In this document: in pieces, positions 63,450 to 64,000 of the stretch | Numbering within the stretch: position 1 is the stretch's first letter | Layout of the letters: each line of letters begins with the position of its first letter | Made by a program: the position numbers and the translations under genes | Notes under the pieces: generated by a model | The model's input: the letters and a program-made list of their open reading frames with translations, nothing else | Databases searched by the model: none | Told to the model about the DNA's origin: nothing | Assembly: GCA_043228905.1 (NCBI GenBank) | Contig: JBHGNT010000012.1 | Coordinates: 4,030,001 to 4,094,000, forward strand | Length of the DNA stretch: 64,000 nucleotides | Source of the DNA: Azolla caroliniana | Lineage: Eukaryota; Plantae; Polypodiophyta | Direction: 5' to 3'

Positions 63450-64000
63450 CAACATGTAGTGGGATCATATGTATACTTGGGAGTCACTTTTAGTGCTCGC
63501 TCAGGTAAATTCGCGATGACCCAGGCAACCAAAGATAGGCTAACAAGAGGGTATGCATCCCTCTCACTCTTGGAGAGACAATGCGACCAGGCATACTTTC
63601 AAGAGCCACGGACTAAGGGATGGCTCGCCGACTCATTAGTGACCCCTTCCCATGTATGCATCAGTAGTATGGGCTCTAGGTCTATCATCCTTCATGTGGA
63701 CACAATTAGAGAGACCTTTGGTGACAATGTTATCACGTCAACTCCAAAGCAAATCAACAGTACCGCATGACATTATTAGAGCAGAGTTTAGTCTACCCCT
63801 GATGTTAGTAGAAGCACTCTTTCAAATGGTAGTTTTTATTCATCGAATATATAGCCAACCACAAGATAGGATATCCCATCAAGCCTTTGAGGCATCCCGA
63901 TCCCTACATGCATCTAGAGACACTAGCTCTTGGTATAGCATTGTGGTGAGTTGGTTACTTGCAAACGGCATAGACATTAATAACCTACCTCCCCTTAACT
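63450..64000 (+). mobile_element. LINE ORF2 remnant (RT thumb region)
   Basis: VVGSYVYLGVTF motif followed by a typical post-RT helical region, frameshifted. Confidence 0.6.

Overview
Repeat-rich eukaryotic plant DNA. The transposon complement (Tcn1-like chromovirus, Trp-primed non-chromovirus Ty3/Gypsy) suggests a bryophyte or other non-seed plant (inference). It holds one intact host gene, a 17-exon ZIF/ZIFL-family MFS transporter (13441-19974, +, about 544 aa), preceded by a ~67-bp minisatellite. The rest is nested transposons: a tRNA-Trp-primed Ty3/Gypsy clade (degenerate autonomous copies, solo LTRs, two pol-less Gag-plus-acidic-repeat derivatives), two Met-primed Ty1/Copia copies, a Tcn1-like chromovirus, L1 and other LINE remnants and a hAT MITE. 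Top findings: (1) a spliced, pseudogenised bacterial-type beta-class N4-cytosine/N6-adenine DNA methyltransferase on the minus strand at 49079-50576, split by a solo LTR; (2) the Gypsy clade makes 4-bp target-site duplications centred on CpG, (A/C)CG(G/T); (3) it appears to express RT through a -1 frameshift located after the protease (G GAU UUU plus hairpin); (4) the Tcn1 LTR carries an antisense tRNA-like segment and a perfect heat-shock element. All alignments were done by eye; no database search was run.
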